A stretch of 64,000 bases of DNA, from assembly GCA_002633005.1 (NCBI GenBank), contig NMRA01000276.1, positions 137,414-201,413 on the forward strand. The letters are read 5' to 3'. This document shows, one piece after another, positions 25,317-39,208 of the stretch. This DNA is from Phoronis australis. Taxonomy: Eukaryota > Animalia > Phoronida. Within the stretch, counting starts at the first letter, position 1, and each line of letters begins with the position of its first letter. Below the pieces are notes generated by a model. The model was not told the DNA's origin and made no database searches. It saw only the letters and a program-made list of their open reading frames with translations. Position numbers and translations under genes: made by a program.

Positions 25317-28300
25317 CTAGAAGAGCAAAAATTTGTCAGAGAATAGGGTACCCGCATCAACCAGCAGACATATTGGTTCAATTATTAAAAGGTAGAGGGG
25401 GGACAAAGAAAACAAGTTTACTTTATTGAGAGCAGCTGAAGATATGTCACGATTTTGAAGATATGTCACGATTTTGAAGATATTTACAATGAGCACAGAA
25501 ACAAAATTCTATAAAATTCAGTAATCAAAAAATGACAGTATTTATTCATAGCACAGTTGATCAAATACTCAAAACATTTTTAGTGAAGTAATCTGCCCAG
25601 TGCTCAAAAAGTCCCCCTTTTCATCACCACTGGCAACAGCACATGTGGTAAAGATTCCAGCGTGTCACCAAATGGCAATGTAAAATCCAAATTTTCCCAA
25701 CAACACTTCTGCTGCCATCAGATTAGTCTTATTTGAATAAATTTACAAAACAGAGGGATAATAATAACACGTCATTCTGCGATGAGACACCCTTTTTAGA
25801 GCTCATTCGACTGTGATGCGCAGATATCCATCATTCAACACTCCATTTTAATTGTAACTCAATTGTTAATTGTCACGTGGCAAATCTGTAGCGGTGCATG
25901 CATACACTGTCATGTACTGAAGAGGTTACACTTCCGTGGCATGAGTAGAAGTGCGAGCACAATGAAAGACAGGAATCAGAGGTAATCAAACAAAATAATT
26001 TACAAATTCACAATTCACAAACTAAATATGCAAGTAGTAAAAATGGCAGGTCTACACTGGAGAAATGCATCATTTTTGTGACGCCACTTTGGAGACCACT
26101 TTCAAACCGTCTATCGCCTTTTAACTAAACCAAGTGGTGTGGACTTTTCGAGCGCAACTGTTCCCTCTTATCAGAAGATTATGTGTGAACGCAGTATACT
26201 ACATGTGAACATTTAAATGTGTAAACATTTATAAGTAATTATTTTATTAGTTTGTACAAATTGTGAAAACCATTGGACTCCCAAAGTACATAGTATTAGG
26301 TTTTTTAAAGTCCTTGTCTCACACGTTGTTAACCCTTATTACATGGTTAGAAGATGTTATAAGGATCCAAGAAGTACCTACCCCATAACTGTAATACACG
26401 ATCCGTACTCGAAAACAGTTTAAATGAACGCGCCACTCACGATTCGCACCCGAAGAAACACCGCCATTTTGAACTTGCCGCGAACCCGGAAGTACAATTC
26501 ATTCAGGAACCCAGGCTGAGAAAACGCAGTCAGTGCGACTGGAGCAGTGCCTGTACTGTTACCAGCCAGCAAACGGGGATAAAAAAATCGACAGCGTGCC
26601 TTAAGTTTGATAAACTCAAACTACGGACAATTTTATGGAATTTAATTTGCCGAAGAAATGTGGCGAATAAATTTTGACAGAAATTATTTTGCTAGACTCG
26701 GGACCGCAGCCTATCGGACCTGGTGCGGATCGAGACCAGACACTGGCGAACGGTAAATGCATGCGGTTGCAAGCTGTTTTGTCAAAGTAAAATGGTCAAA
26801 TGATAAATGCTGCATATATTCAAGGGTAGTTTCAGACACTTGCATGAAATTACGGGCTGGTTAGTCCTGTGTCACACTGCCGCGGCAGACCTTAGTTAGC
26901 CTCAGTCACAAGCTACCAGTGAAGACTATAGTCAAAATACAGCTTGTTAGTAGGCCTATACAGCTTCCCGTTCAGTAGCGCTAGGACCTCGCTAAGAAGC
27001 AAGACTTCGCGAGATTACGTGAGATATTGCCGTGTATTTTAAATGAGAACATGTGACTTTGACTAGGATTTTGCAAGGTCCTAGCGTAGGTCCTAGCCTC
27101 TACTGAACGCACGCCAGCTTTGCGCCTAACTGGTTGCTGGCCACAAACACAAAAAACACGAAAATTGAACAAAGTTTCTTTTTTGTAGCAACGTTTGTCA
27201 AAATGTATCAACGTTAAATCTTCACAAATTACAAAGTAGCCGATTGAACATGCCTTTCAGTTCAGCAAAAGTTGACATTGTAGGTGCCGCCAGAAATGAG
27301 ACGAAGTCCAACGGGAATTGTGAGCACATTTATCACTTAATGAGTAACAACTGCGAGGCTGAAATTTGGTGAACACTGCTAAATCGTGCAGAATAGTAAG
27401 TAAAGATATGTCTAACTAAATTTCACCGTAATTTGTTGGCGAAAACAATTTACACAAAGTTTTAAACTCGTAACTCATCCCGCTGTCCTCCAATATGGCC
27501 GACGCGATCCAAACAAAGTGACCCAAATTTCGCCACAAAACTTGCAATAACTTTACAGTGCTTGCCCCGATTTTGATACTTTTTCGATTTTTACTGAGTA
27601 GAATGTACTACCTTTCCGATGATAGCAAAGTACTTTTTCAAAACGAGGAAAAAAATAAAACCGAAAAAAAATGGTTTCGACCCATATTGGTTCCTAGGTT
27701 CGACCGGCCTACGTAAGGAACTAAACACCAATGCTATTTTAACATACTAAGTACGCGTAACATTCCAAAAAAATCAACGACCACTAACTACAAACTATAA
27801 ATACACTACATATGCAAACGAATCACGATATATTACTAATAAAACAAAATAATGAAGACTTTTCGAGCAAGCCATAGCACATTCAGTTACAAGGAAAAAA
27901 TGGCGGCGTTCAGGACAAGTTCCTGAACTGATGAGCCGGAAATGTGGGTACGGAAATAACCGATGACAACCGGTAATCATACGCTCAGAGAGAAGGGTCA
28001 AATACTGTTAAAAAATCGTTTTTGGCAAGAAAGGCGAAAAGAATATAAAGAAAGGGTGTCGAAAATAAGAATTTATGTAGTAAGTATTTTTGGATACTAG
28101 AACCACATGGGCAGTTTGCAACAAGGACTTTAAATGGTATGCACTATTTGAAGAATACTTGAGGTTTACAAAAATTGGAACACAAATCCGCGACAATGGG
28201 ACGGTCAAGCACATTCTGCTACCCGACAGGTGGCGCAACGCTTATCGGTGTGGATTGTTTACATTTCCCGGATGTAGCTTAGTTGTCAGTGAGAAAAGTG

Positions 28301-29563
28301 AGTTTGTTTTGTTGTAAAGTCTTACTCCAGTTTAACTTGTCGCGAATTGAGAGCAAAATTGGAGAAAAGAAAGGCACAGACGTCGTGATGCAAAATAGAG
28401 GTGATAGAAATGCAAAATAGAGGTGATAGAAAGGTAATTATGGACAGATTTCGTGTAAATTCTAAGGTTTTCACATACCCATGTTCGCCTATCACTGACA
28501 TGGCCCAAGTGGCTTTGTCTACGCCCGGCGATTTCGTGGCGACTTTTCCTTAAGTTAACAGGTCTGACATGCATTTAATGTACTGTTCTTATGAACTACA
28601 GGTCGTTGGCTTCTCATTTATTCTTCCAGTAATCTTTTGAATTTCTATTAATGCACGTTCTCAAGACTTTCTCAAACGAACGAGTTCTAGTCGGTTACCC
28701 AGGTAACACTGTGACTGTCTACAAGACATTGCTTATTATACAACAAGGCCCAGGTGTCTGGCTAGATTATTGTATTATTTAGGACAATTGTATATGAAGA
28801 ATAGAGAATTGATCATTCTAAGCAAAGTTGTTTAACATTCACTATTCCTGATTTTAGGTTACAAGTGTATCAATGACAACTCTGCGAATGTGCCGAGTGT
28901 TCAGCCTGAGCTAGCGATTGTTGACAACTGGCCCAGTGCAGAAATGTGACCTGGTCTTTGACCCGAAGTACTCATATTTGGCAGCCTCACCAGATCGGTT
29001 GATCGGAAAAGACATATAGGCAAGGATAAATGCCCCTATACCGGTAGAGACACAGTAAGAAAATAGTGCCAGAAAACTCTTTCTGTTCCTCACCAAAGAC
29101 AGACAGTGAAAACATGTCACAAGTACTATCCCCTAGAATTAGTCAATAAGGTACTGAAAGCAAGACTTCAACGTAACCCTGATGACATTCATCCTGTAGA
29201 TAAAACTACCAACAAGTACTTTAAAGAACCGTATGTTGGGTTTTACGCCAAGATTGCTCAACGAAAACTCAACAAATTGGTGAATGATTACTGTGTAAAC
29301 CTAGAGTTGTATTAACATTCAAGTCTCTGAAACTGTCGAATTTATTTAACCCTAAGGACAAAATTCCTATGGGTCTACGGTCCAGGGTAGTGTACAAATT
29401 TATCTGTGCTGGATGTGGCTCCAGTTATATAGGCGAAACTGTTCGCGATTTGAAAACCAGGACCAAGGAACATCTAAATTCTGACAGAGGTTCACATGTA
29501 AATATTCACCTACAGAGCTCCAATCATTGTTATCAGCAGTGCTCTTTCAATGACTTTGCAATA

Positions 29564-31245
29564 CTGTAAACGTTCGGGTTAACACCCATGCTCAGTTAAC
29601 CGCCCACCCCCTACTTTAGGTGGATTTTCGATTTAACCGCCCACCTCTCGGTTAAGCGCCCATCCCCGACTTTTAAAGAATGAAGATTTAGCGCCCAGTG
29701 CTAAGGAAACGCGCGATTCCCCGACTTTTAGAAAAAGATCGATGATCACAATGAGCGCAACGACGCCGGGCCTCCGAGACGGTGGTTTAGCAATGTGAAT
29801 TGCAATTATACAAGTAACGAGTTATTGTCTTGGGTCAAGGACTCACTTCAAAATATAATACTTGAACGTTTTTGTCACTTTATTTTCTTCCCATGTTTGC
29901 AAAGTTTAAGAACGCCGCCGGCGTCAAAACCCCCGCTTTCAGCGACTTTGTCTGCCGCCTACACTCGCCTACAGTGTCTTGATAAAACAGATATTCGAAA
30001 AAATCAGGCCAGAGAAATGAGACAATGGTTAAAAGTATATAGTCATGCCCGTTTCTGTTACTTAGGACTGTCGCTATTCTCTTTTGATGTGTGACTTTGT
30101 AGTGGTGCACGCGCGCAAGTTCCCACACTTTGGAGTGCATGTTACCTTGACACCAACATGTGATTGACAGGTGACTCGCCCGTAGGCCCTACGCGCATGC
30201 TGAATCCAGCCACTATCTTTGGCCTTAAAAAACGAGATGCATATTGAAAGAGGCCGTTATATTACTTGACGGCATTTCCAAGTCACGATTGTCAGCCGAC
30301 TGAGACATTGCGCGTAACAGCGGGACCGAACAGTGCAGCAGTGCGATATTACAAGTGATATAAATAGGATAATCTGGACATCTTGCATGAACAATAAATG
30401 TTTTTCCACCACGAAGTTTGGTAAGGTGATCGTTTATCGCTGTTTTGTAGCGTTTTATCACATATTTATGCCGTGGCTCGAAATTTTATTCTTGATCGAC
30501 GAGTGGCACACGGCCGCTTATCCCGGATTCTTGTCTTAGGCCTAGTTCTTTGCCGAGCATGTTTGGCGCAACGGCAAGTGAGCAATGCCAGGCAGTCGAG
30601 GTAAAACAGCAAGCCACAGAACCATACGCTGAAAATGTCATTGAGTCACGGAGTGTTGACTATAAACATCCCAAACACAAAAAACATCTGAATTAAGGTT
30701 TTCAAACTTTTATTACAACCACTTTTAAAACTGCTCTCTGACTATGAACTTGGCAGCTAGTACAAGACTGTAACCATAAATCTGATGTCTGCTGTGACCT
30801 CTGCAACACGTGAAGCTTGCACGCGCGCACTTTAGTAAGATGAAATAGTTGCAATCCAAGTAGAGGCTGCGTGGTCACTGGTCGTCTGCGCTCTACACTA
30901 AATAACAAGACCGCAGGACGGCACGGGGCTATTACTCAGCAATTATGTAAATTTAATAGTGAATAACTAATCTGAGGGCATGATAACCTTTGTTAGGATC
31001 ATCCACTGTTATGACATTTTTCCCGTCACGTGACGACGTGATGATAACGCTCTTTGAAAAGTGCTACGCCTTCCGAGTAGGCCTACGACTACGTGTGTGG
31101 TGTGGGTACTTAGATCACGAGGTAAGATTAACCGCCCAGGGCGCTTGCCTGTCGTAATAAGTTCCCATGTTCGGTTAACCACCCACCCTGGATTTTTTGG
31201 GTTTGCCAATTTAACCGCCCAGGGCGTTAACCCGAACGTTTACGG
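29564..31245. mobile_element. TA-target TIR element (Tc1/pogo-like, non-autonomous)
   Basis: TA|CTGTAAACGTTCGGGTTAAC ... GTTAACCCGAACGTTTACGG|TA; removal restores the Penelope frame. Confidence 0.8.
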
Positions 31246-31334
31246 TAATAGACCAGGCAGTAACAACAAAGGAGTTTAAAATTCCTGAGGCTCTACACAT
31301 CAGTTGGTGCAAGCCCAATCTCAATAGACAACTG

Positions 31335-31826
31335 CAAGGTACCTAAACTACATGCTTACGGATTCATAAGCACGGCCCAAGGATGCATGAACACGACTCA
31401 CGGACCTGCAAACACCCTCAACTGACTCACAAACACGGGAACGGACTCATGAAACATGATCCACGCACCCAAATACACGGGACACAGACTCATATTCCGG
31501 AGGAAAGACGGTTAACGGACCGCCAAACACGGTTTACGGACCGCCAAACACGGTTTACGGACCGCCAAACACGGTTTACGGACAAAATGGAGATATCAGC
31601 TGACCCAGGAAGCCGATGAGTCCGTGACATGTGTTTGGCGGTCCGTTAACAGTGTTTCCTCGTGAATATGAGTCTGTGTCCCGTGTATTTGGGTGCGTGG
31701 ATCGTGTTTTGTGAGTCCGTTCCCATGTTTGTGAGTCAGTGGACAGTGTTTGCAGGTCCGTGAGTCGTGTTCATGCGTCCGTGCCTGTGTTTATGAGTCC
31801 GTTGACCGTGTAGTTTAGGTACCTTG
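31335..31826. mobile_element. Fold-back (near-palindromic) MITE
   Basis: About 200-bp inverted arms starting CAAGGTACCTAAACTACA; 5-bp TSD aactg; internal 21-bp tandem repeats. Confidence 0.85.
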
Positions 31827-31946
31827 AACTGGCACACCACAGGTTGTCATTGTTGGTCTAGTTCATTGTCACTCCCTGTAACTGACTGTATCTGTGCTTC
31901 ATTACTTGTTGCTGGGCCTAGCTAGGTGGCCAGTGTTTTCTCTCTT

Positions 31947-31985
31947 CTGATGATGGTGCTTTAATAAATGACACCGAAACATGTC
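31947..31985 (+). ncRNA. Minimal hammerhead-ribozyme-like motif in the Penelope 3' terminal repeat
   Basis: CTGATGA-T-GGTG(loop)CACC-GAAAC-ATGTC; palindromic ACATGT stem III; stem I weak. Confidence 0.6.
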
Positions 31986-32899
31986 AACTCAACTTAAAAC
32001 CATTGTTGTTTTCTTTAATATTCCTCAAACTGCTAATAAAAACTTACAAATAATTTATTTACAAAAACTAAACTGTGCAATACGAAAAACTCGCTAACTT
32101 CTGGCCGAACCAACAGCTGAACGTTTTTTGAATGTGGGGACAAAATTAGGCTTCAGTCATCTTCATGTGCTAAAAAAATTAAGTACACCTGTTCATCATT
32201 TGGTCAAAATACATAAAATGTAACATGTTCAACAAGGTTTTAACATTGAGCTTGTGGTAAGGACAGGAAGTGCTCAGTTGCCATAGAGAATGAGAGGCCA
32301 TAGTCTCCACATTCTTCAATACTTTTTTATGCAAATGTTTAGATTCTTAGAATAATTATGAAAAGAAAAGGAATTAAACAATTGACATTGTCGTAATAAT
32401 TCTCAACTGCAAAATTGGCACATTAAAATCACCAGTAATTTTTTAAACTTGGATAAAATAATATTAGCTTCTGACTGTGGAACTGGCACTTCACTAAGTT
32501 TTTCTGGTCTACAGTCTATACAATCCACAGTGACTGTGGCACAGTGGTACTACCGATATACTGCAGCATCAAAATTGTTGATAGTTGGCTCAACTCCCAA
32601 AGTAAATGAAATATAATATAGAAAACAATAACATAAAACACTAGCGTTGGCGTTTTTGAAGTTACTACAATCCGCTCAAAATCTGACAAATAGCCTCTGA
32701 CGTAGAATCGACACACAGATGATCTGACCTCGGTTAAAAAGGGTCATCACTGGCAGTCTTCCATGCCTTGGAGATAACAGGAAGTGTTCAAAAAAATTTG
32801 TTCGAGACCGCAACGGGTAAGGTTGTATCATAATCGAAACATCAACTACAGTTGTGTTTTTCGCCACAGTTATTAGTTGCTCAACAAATTTCCCCGCTG

Positions 32900-33084
32900 G
32901 CTGGTAATCCTCACCGCTTCTAAAGTGTTCATAACACACAAGTCACAACACGGTTCGGTCATGGTTCCCAAAGTCGATTCAACTTGCTTGACAGCGACAA
33001 ACCACTTCTTCCCGAGGTCTCTATTCTTAGGAATGTCGTGCCCCCTATCTCGTTGTTGCAGAAAGGTACACATCTTTCAGGCAT
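32900..33084 (-). pseudogene. Decayed THAP domain (transposon-derived)
   Basis: MPERCVPFCNN / HDIPKNRDLGKKWFVAVK / VCYEHF in shifting frames. Confidence 0.6.
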
Positions 33085-33508
33085 TCTTATTTACGCTGAT
33101 ATATTACAAAACACCACGATGATATATCTCTTTAGCTCTGACTGTAAACAGTGTAAAATGGTGGTCTCGTTAAATCTCGCGACAAAACCAAACTGATAAA
33201 TATTGCCGCTAGAGGGACCTGACCGTCCTATAATACACCATACAGTATAGTCATGGTTAATTTGTATAAAGACTGATGCCGATCTGAGTTTAATTTGGAA
33301 AAATAGTAGTTGTTTAATGTGACCATCGAAGAGTTCTCCATGTTTCCATCAGCTTCAGTGCTAAGAATTTATACTGTGCATAATCGCATCGTAGAAAGCT
33401 TTCCCAGCACACGCTGATTTTCCAGTGATAAAGCTATGCACCAACAGTAGCCTATATCTGTACAATACTGTCGACTGCACAGGAGTAAAAAGTGGACAGT
33501 GACAAACC

Positions 33509-35878
33509 GAAATGCGAGCTGAGATTTTTATCAGCTCGTATCAAGTCGCAAAATGCGACCTGGAATTTCCAACGGATGTAAGCTGAGTTTTTACACTTCT
33601 CGGCAGATACCTGGCAAATATAAAGCAACTCTCGTTAATCTGACCGTATTTAAGTTGTTGCCAAATCCAAGTTAAAAAGAACACTAACCGAGAACAGCCT
33701 TCCTGATGACTTGTAATCAAGTCACGTGAACATGGGATATGCAGAGTCGATCTTTGACGCGTTTTATTGGCTAACATTTTCGGCCACTTTTTAATCTGCA
33801 AATTTACGAATTCCCCGAAGAAAGTTTCGGGCCACTGCATGACACATGATAAAACGGTGTTCCTATTAATTCGTAAGCGATCAACTTATCAAACTTTTTG
33901 GTAGACAAATATGTTTATTTTTTGCGCAAGATGCCCTTATTACATGTACCAAATATCCACGACAATATCCCTGATATCGCACTGCGGCACTGGTCGGACC
34001 TGTTGTTAGTGCACAAGCGGTCCCGGAAGACAATCGTGACTTAGAGATGTGCGTCTCGTTTTTTATCGCATCAGACAGCCAAAGTGAAAATGACACCCAT
34101 ATTAATTGCCAAACGACGGCCACATCTTAACTTTCAGTTGCCAAGGAATTCTCAAACCCCTTACTTGTTTCTGGGGCTACATACGCGAAATATGGTTTGT
34201 CTTTCACACGTTGTTGCCAACGTAAAGTGAAGGCCTACTCCAGCGATTCAAGTGTGTGAACTCGCGCGTGCGCACCACTTCCAAGCTGCACATCAAAAGA
34301 GAACAGTGACAGTCCTAAATGAAAGGGTATACCGGCTTGGCTCTGTTAAGCACCCGCGTACGTGCCAGTGGTTTATTTGAATATGAACTCCTGCGATGAT
34401 GTTTCCCGAGGTCAATGTTCCCTAAACCCCATACTCTATGCCCGTAGCCAGCTATTGCAACCAAACGGGTACTAGATGCAAAATTGTGGTTAGCAAACTT
34501 TTTATTCTTCTCTTCATACACCCCTCCTCCCGCCAACTTTTCTCTCCCCGGACCACCGTCGCCATAACATGTTCAGACTCCAATAGGAACAATCTTGTTC
34601 TGGCTGAAGCGTGCAATTAAAAACAAAATTATTCCGGGTGGCTAAAAAGGGTGCAGTGTAGGTGGAAACGATATCCAGAAAGTCACCCCTACTAGATGGA
34701 GTTAGCCTTGCAAACTCGTAATATTATAACGTTTCTTACCATTGTACTCTTTTAATATCTTATTACCGCATGTACTCAGGTTAACAACTATTCTCACGCT
34801 CAAGCCTACTCCCTACCTTTGAAGTTTGAAGTGTTTCATAATAAGCGCTCACTGATCTACTAACCATTCCCCCTCAAGTTTTGAGAATTTCCAATCCAAT
34901 TAAGCGTCCACAGTTCAGGCTAGCGCCCATCATAGCGCAAAACAAACGACCGAGCGTGGTTTAAAATTGACACGCAGCCTATATAGTGTGTCACTCTCAT
35001 TTGACATAACAAATTCAGTTTTCAAAAAAATGTCTTTTCTAAATATGTAAAAACCAAATCCCGGCTTTGTTTTATACCTCGGAAAGAAAGTTAACACTAG
35101 TAACATGAGTGTCATTTTGTGACTGACCTGTTTTTCCCGTACTTGGAAGGTTTTGAGGAGCAAACTAAACTTATCCGATGGAAACCCGCGCGGAGTTGGG
35201 AATTATTTCGAGGCTATTTCTTTCATGGAAAACTTATTGTTGAGTACGTAAACAGCATAAGTACAACATTTTTGTTGAGAAATTTGCACTGAATTATTGC
35301 CGAGCATCCAAATACGTCATTCGGTTAGGGCATCGTTTCACGGATTTTTTTCGACAAATGTTTTTCAAATGTCGAGTTAAGTTGCAAAATTTGGGCTGTG
35401 GACAAAAAGTGGAGGAAATTTGCACTCCGAGTGAGTTTGGGTCTTTAACGACTTTGATGACAGCTAGTAGCAGGTCAGATCTAGCAAAATCGAGGATACT
35501 TTTTCAACAAGTATTTTCTCGCTTTTCACATAGCAAACTTAGCTACTCGAATGCACGTATGAGTTAGAGAGCACTAATTCAACTTTCACGTTGGCAACTT
35601 GCCTTGCACTTTAGAGCCTTTCAATGGCAGTCGGGAAGAACAGTAACGCCGTACCTGCATGAACGAATTGCAATTTTTGAGTATTAACGCTGTAGGTAAG
35701 AGCATAATCTAAACATTTTTTCAATGATCTAACAAAAATCAATTTTGGTGCGTAAAAATGGCAGAAAAATTTTGCGATCTGGCATTTTTGAATGCCAGCT
35801 GGATTTTGAAAATGCGACCTTGGATTTTGGCTAGGTCGCAAAATGCGACCTGGAGATTTTAATAGCATCGAGCTGTGA
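33509..35878 (+). mobile_element. ~2.3-kb hAT-like non-autonomous element, copy 2 (5' tip missing)
   Basis: Colinear with 43310-45672. Confidence 0.8.
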
Positions 35879-35879
35879 A

Positions 35880-36730
35880 GTAGGTCAAGGTGCTCCATAT
35901 CTGCCTCCATGTAAAACCCACGTCAGCAATTACCCGATTTCAGACTTAAAAGTTAACTATAAGACAATTTTGTGTTATATAAATCGTTACCTTAGTCTTT
36001 ATTTGTAAGTTTGTAATCTTTTTGTCATGAATTATCGCTGATAAATCATTTTTGCAAGCTTTTTTTAGCGTACGATTTTCCGCCATGCGATCAACTTTCG
36101 AAAAAGTGACTCTTGTTCCTTCTATCCAAAAGAGCACTATACTCTCGATTACAAAGTTAAACATGAAATTTGAACAGAATGTAGTTTAGATGCGTGTGCA
36201 TCTCTCAAGTTCTTTTTTTAAAGTCAATGCCAAGTTTTCATGGCGAGTTTTCGATCATCCGGAAGGCCTAATTTTGATCGGTCAGGAGAGTAATGTTTTT
36301 GTTGTTGCGCAATATGCCTCCCGATTTTTAGATGAAGAATTTATCACTCTTTTAATTGGTAATTATTTCATTTTCAGAAATTCTGTCAAACTGCTGTGCA
36401 TTAGCACTTTTCAAACAGCAGTCGTTAGTTCACTAAATCGCCGCATGTCAGCACCACGAGCGGCTACGTTGAAGTTCAATGGCATCGCAAATTCACCGTT
36501 CAAAATAAAGTTGTTACATAGAGTTTTTGTCGCGTAAATGATGAAATCCTTCATGCTAAGAGTGATTTGTTTTCCCAAATGGTCTTTTGTCTACTTTCTG
36601 ATGTTTTTTGCCATGATACAATCCAAAAGTACATGGGTGACGCAGCTGCACTGAAAAAAGTGGGTGGCTATAGCCTCCCCCAGCCCCCTGTCAGGCTATG
36701 ATGTGCTGCCTATGTAGAAGTACTCAGGGG
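35880..36730 (+). repeat. Interspersed repeat shared with 46375-46883 and 48630-49190
   Basis: Near-identical blocks (ggtgctccatatctgcctcc...); both loci later share a further block (37906-38040 and 49612-49740). Confidence 0.75.
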
Positions 36731-36771
36731 CAGATCCAGGATTTTTAGATAGGAGGGTTGCAGGGCAGAAG

Positions 36772-37903
36772 CAAATTACCTGAAATCCTCCATAAGTTTT
36801 CCAAGTAGCGTCCCTAAGATTTTTAAGTTCCCGTGGAGTCGGGATCACGACAGGTTTAAGTACAAATCTGAGCTAGTACATCGTGCCATCTACATGTATG
36901 ATTGGCGCAATATGAGAAAAATGTCTGGACGAACACACGTTGTTGTCACGTGACGTTTGTTTTGAAGTTGTCTGCGTTTGTGAATAACTTGTGTGACACT
37001 AGGGTTTTCATGCCGTCTTTTGGCCAGACCCACGCAATCTAACGAGCTAGATGTGTATTGTGTCTAAAGAAATTTGCACAAGCAGTAGGCCTAAATCAGA
37101 GCGTGTATCATTCAGCACTTGCCGGTCTCATGTCGCTAAAAACGGTCGACATTCGTCTCGGTAAGACCATATTAGTCGCCGTGTGGCTGGATGCGGCGTA
37201 CGTGACTATCTGACAGTTATTTTTTGGTGTAAGGGTATGTGTATTCACTGTCAGTGGTCATTTTTTCAGATATTTGGCTTAAAAACACCAATTATGGTTA
37301 ATCAAACAATTCATCTTAAAAATAACACAAACATTTCTATAGCATTAGAAATTCATTTCTTGCCGATGCTATGCTACCCATTTCATGAATGTATAGTTCC
37401 CGACTAATGTCTTTGATGACAGGTTCATGTATGTAGCGCGCGCTTCCTGGCCATGTGCTTTTCTGGCCAATATTTTATTAGTCTTCGATTCGCGGTTTTC
37501 ACGTGTAGGCCTTCAAAGAAATTTGGATTCCAGTTGAAAGCGGGAAATATCTTCAAAGCAATCCCGTAGACAAGTACACTACTTCTGTTCTGAAAGGCCA
37601 GACCATTGGTCCTCGCAATATCAGCAGAACATTTGTGTTTGTTTTGAGGCATGGCAGAAGTTTGAAGTGTATAGTCACGGCTAAATACCAATATAGCGTG
37701 GTCTACAAATTCTGCGCACAATGATTTTTTTCAGGACTGTCGGATATTATTGATAAATTGAAGACATTACTGTAGAATAATAGGACTGTAAGTTAGCCAT
37801 TTTTCGCACGTACACGTTCATGGGCTGGGCACTTATTTTAGCATAGTCTGAAAATGCGTGGGGGCGCTTATAGGGGCATGGGCGGTTATTACGGCGAATA
37901 CGG
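36772..37903 (-). mobile_element. Truncated inverted copy of the CCGTATTCGCC TA-target element
   Basis: Reverse complement of 39209 to about 40265; ends GGCGAATACGG|TA. Confidence 0.75.
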
Positions 37904-39208
37904 TAATTGTCGCGTTTCAACAGCCATTTTCTCTGTAACCGCTCACCCAGTTTTTTCTGATTTTAGCACTATTTCATTTCTCACACCAAGGGCTTTTCAA
38001 AAATGTATGACACATGGGCATTGTAAAAAAAAAATTTAAAAATGTCCAACACTAGATTTTTACAAGAGTTTAGGCCACAACATTAAGGTAGGTGGATAAA
38101 CAAAAAAATTAATTTTGACTATTTTTTACATTTTTATATCATCCTAATCTTCAATTCTTCATGCACAGTATACTGAAGAAAAATAAAACCATTCTGAAAA
38201 TCCAAAGTTGTTTTTTTAATTATATTTGACCAAGCTCCAGTAAGTCATATGGCTTGAGTGCTCACCAGCTCAGTGACTGACAAGTGGGGCGGAGCTTATA
38301 CCAGGACACTAGCTCTAATCTAACCCCGCAACAAACATTGCGTAACCGGGCAATCGAGAGTGCTGTACCCGCCAGCTGATACTGATGTTGTTGCAAGGCC
38401 AAAACCAAAAATAAAATAATTCTATTTTTGACCATGTGAAAGTTGGTGGTGAAATGGTGAACTAGTTCCTGTTCCAAACCTGAGCCTGTTTATCCATCTG
38501 CAAAAAATTAAGTTGAGTACGCCAAGTTCTACCGAAGCCATCACTGCATTCAGCTTGAGGAGTCAGTTCAGAAGCTATGCGTGTGCAAGAGAAGTCGTAA
38601 AGGCGAGGTGACTAGCGAGAGGACGCTAAGCGTCGACGTGGGTGGTGTTGCACGATTCGATGAGAGTGCATGCACGCGCTGTGAAGACACGCCGCGTATG
38701 AGACAACTACATGCCGTCAGGGTAGAGTTTTTGGAGATAAACCGTGCTTCTGTACTAGGAACGCGCCATGGAGAAACTGGGCTGCCAAACTCAGGGGATT
38801 TTTTAACTTGTCGCCGGCAGTAACCCAATGAATTAGAGAAATGACCTAGTGTTCAACATAACAAAATTGTTCTTGTGCATAGATTCAAACGTATCCCTGA
38901 ATTAAAACTCATGATATTATACGATTTTACTGGAAAGCAATATAAGAAAATTTGGCAACTTGAGAATCTCACCCAAGCGACGCTATTTGTGTTGAAAGTA
39001 CTATTTTCTCAACCCAAAATCCATTCGGTCAAAATGTTGGCGGTACAGGTACGTGAAAATGTTAAACCATTATGATGAAAATAGTTCTTTATCCTCGTCG
39101 CCAATATTGTTATGTAGACAGTAACGCGGCTATTTGATATAACACATATGTTGGTTGATGAAAAGATGGTAACTACATATGATATTGGAATACTAACAAA
39201 TAGGTCTA

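Larger units (their letters stand above)
29120..32020 (+). mobile_element. Penelope-like element 3' part (GIY-YIG endonuclease), split by two insertions
   Basis: VVYKFICAGCGSSYIGETVR...KEH (29369-29563) continues IDQA...KIPEALHISWCKPNLNRQL (31246-31334) and AHHRLSLLV* (31832-31861). Confidence 0.85.
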
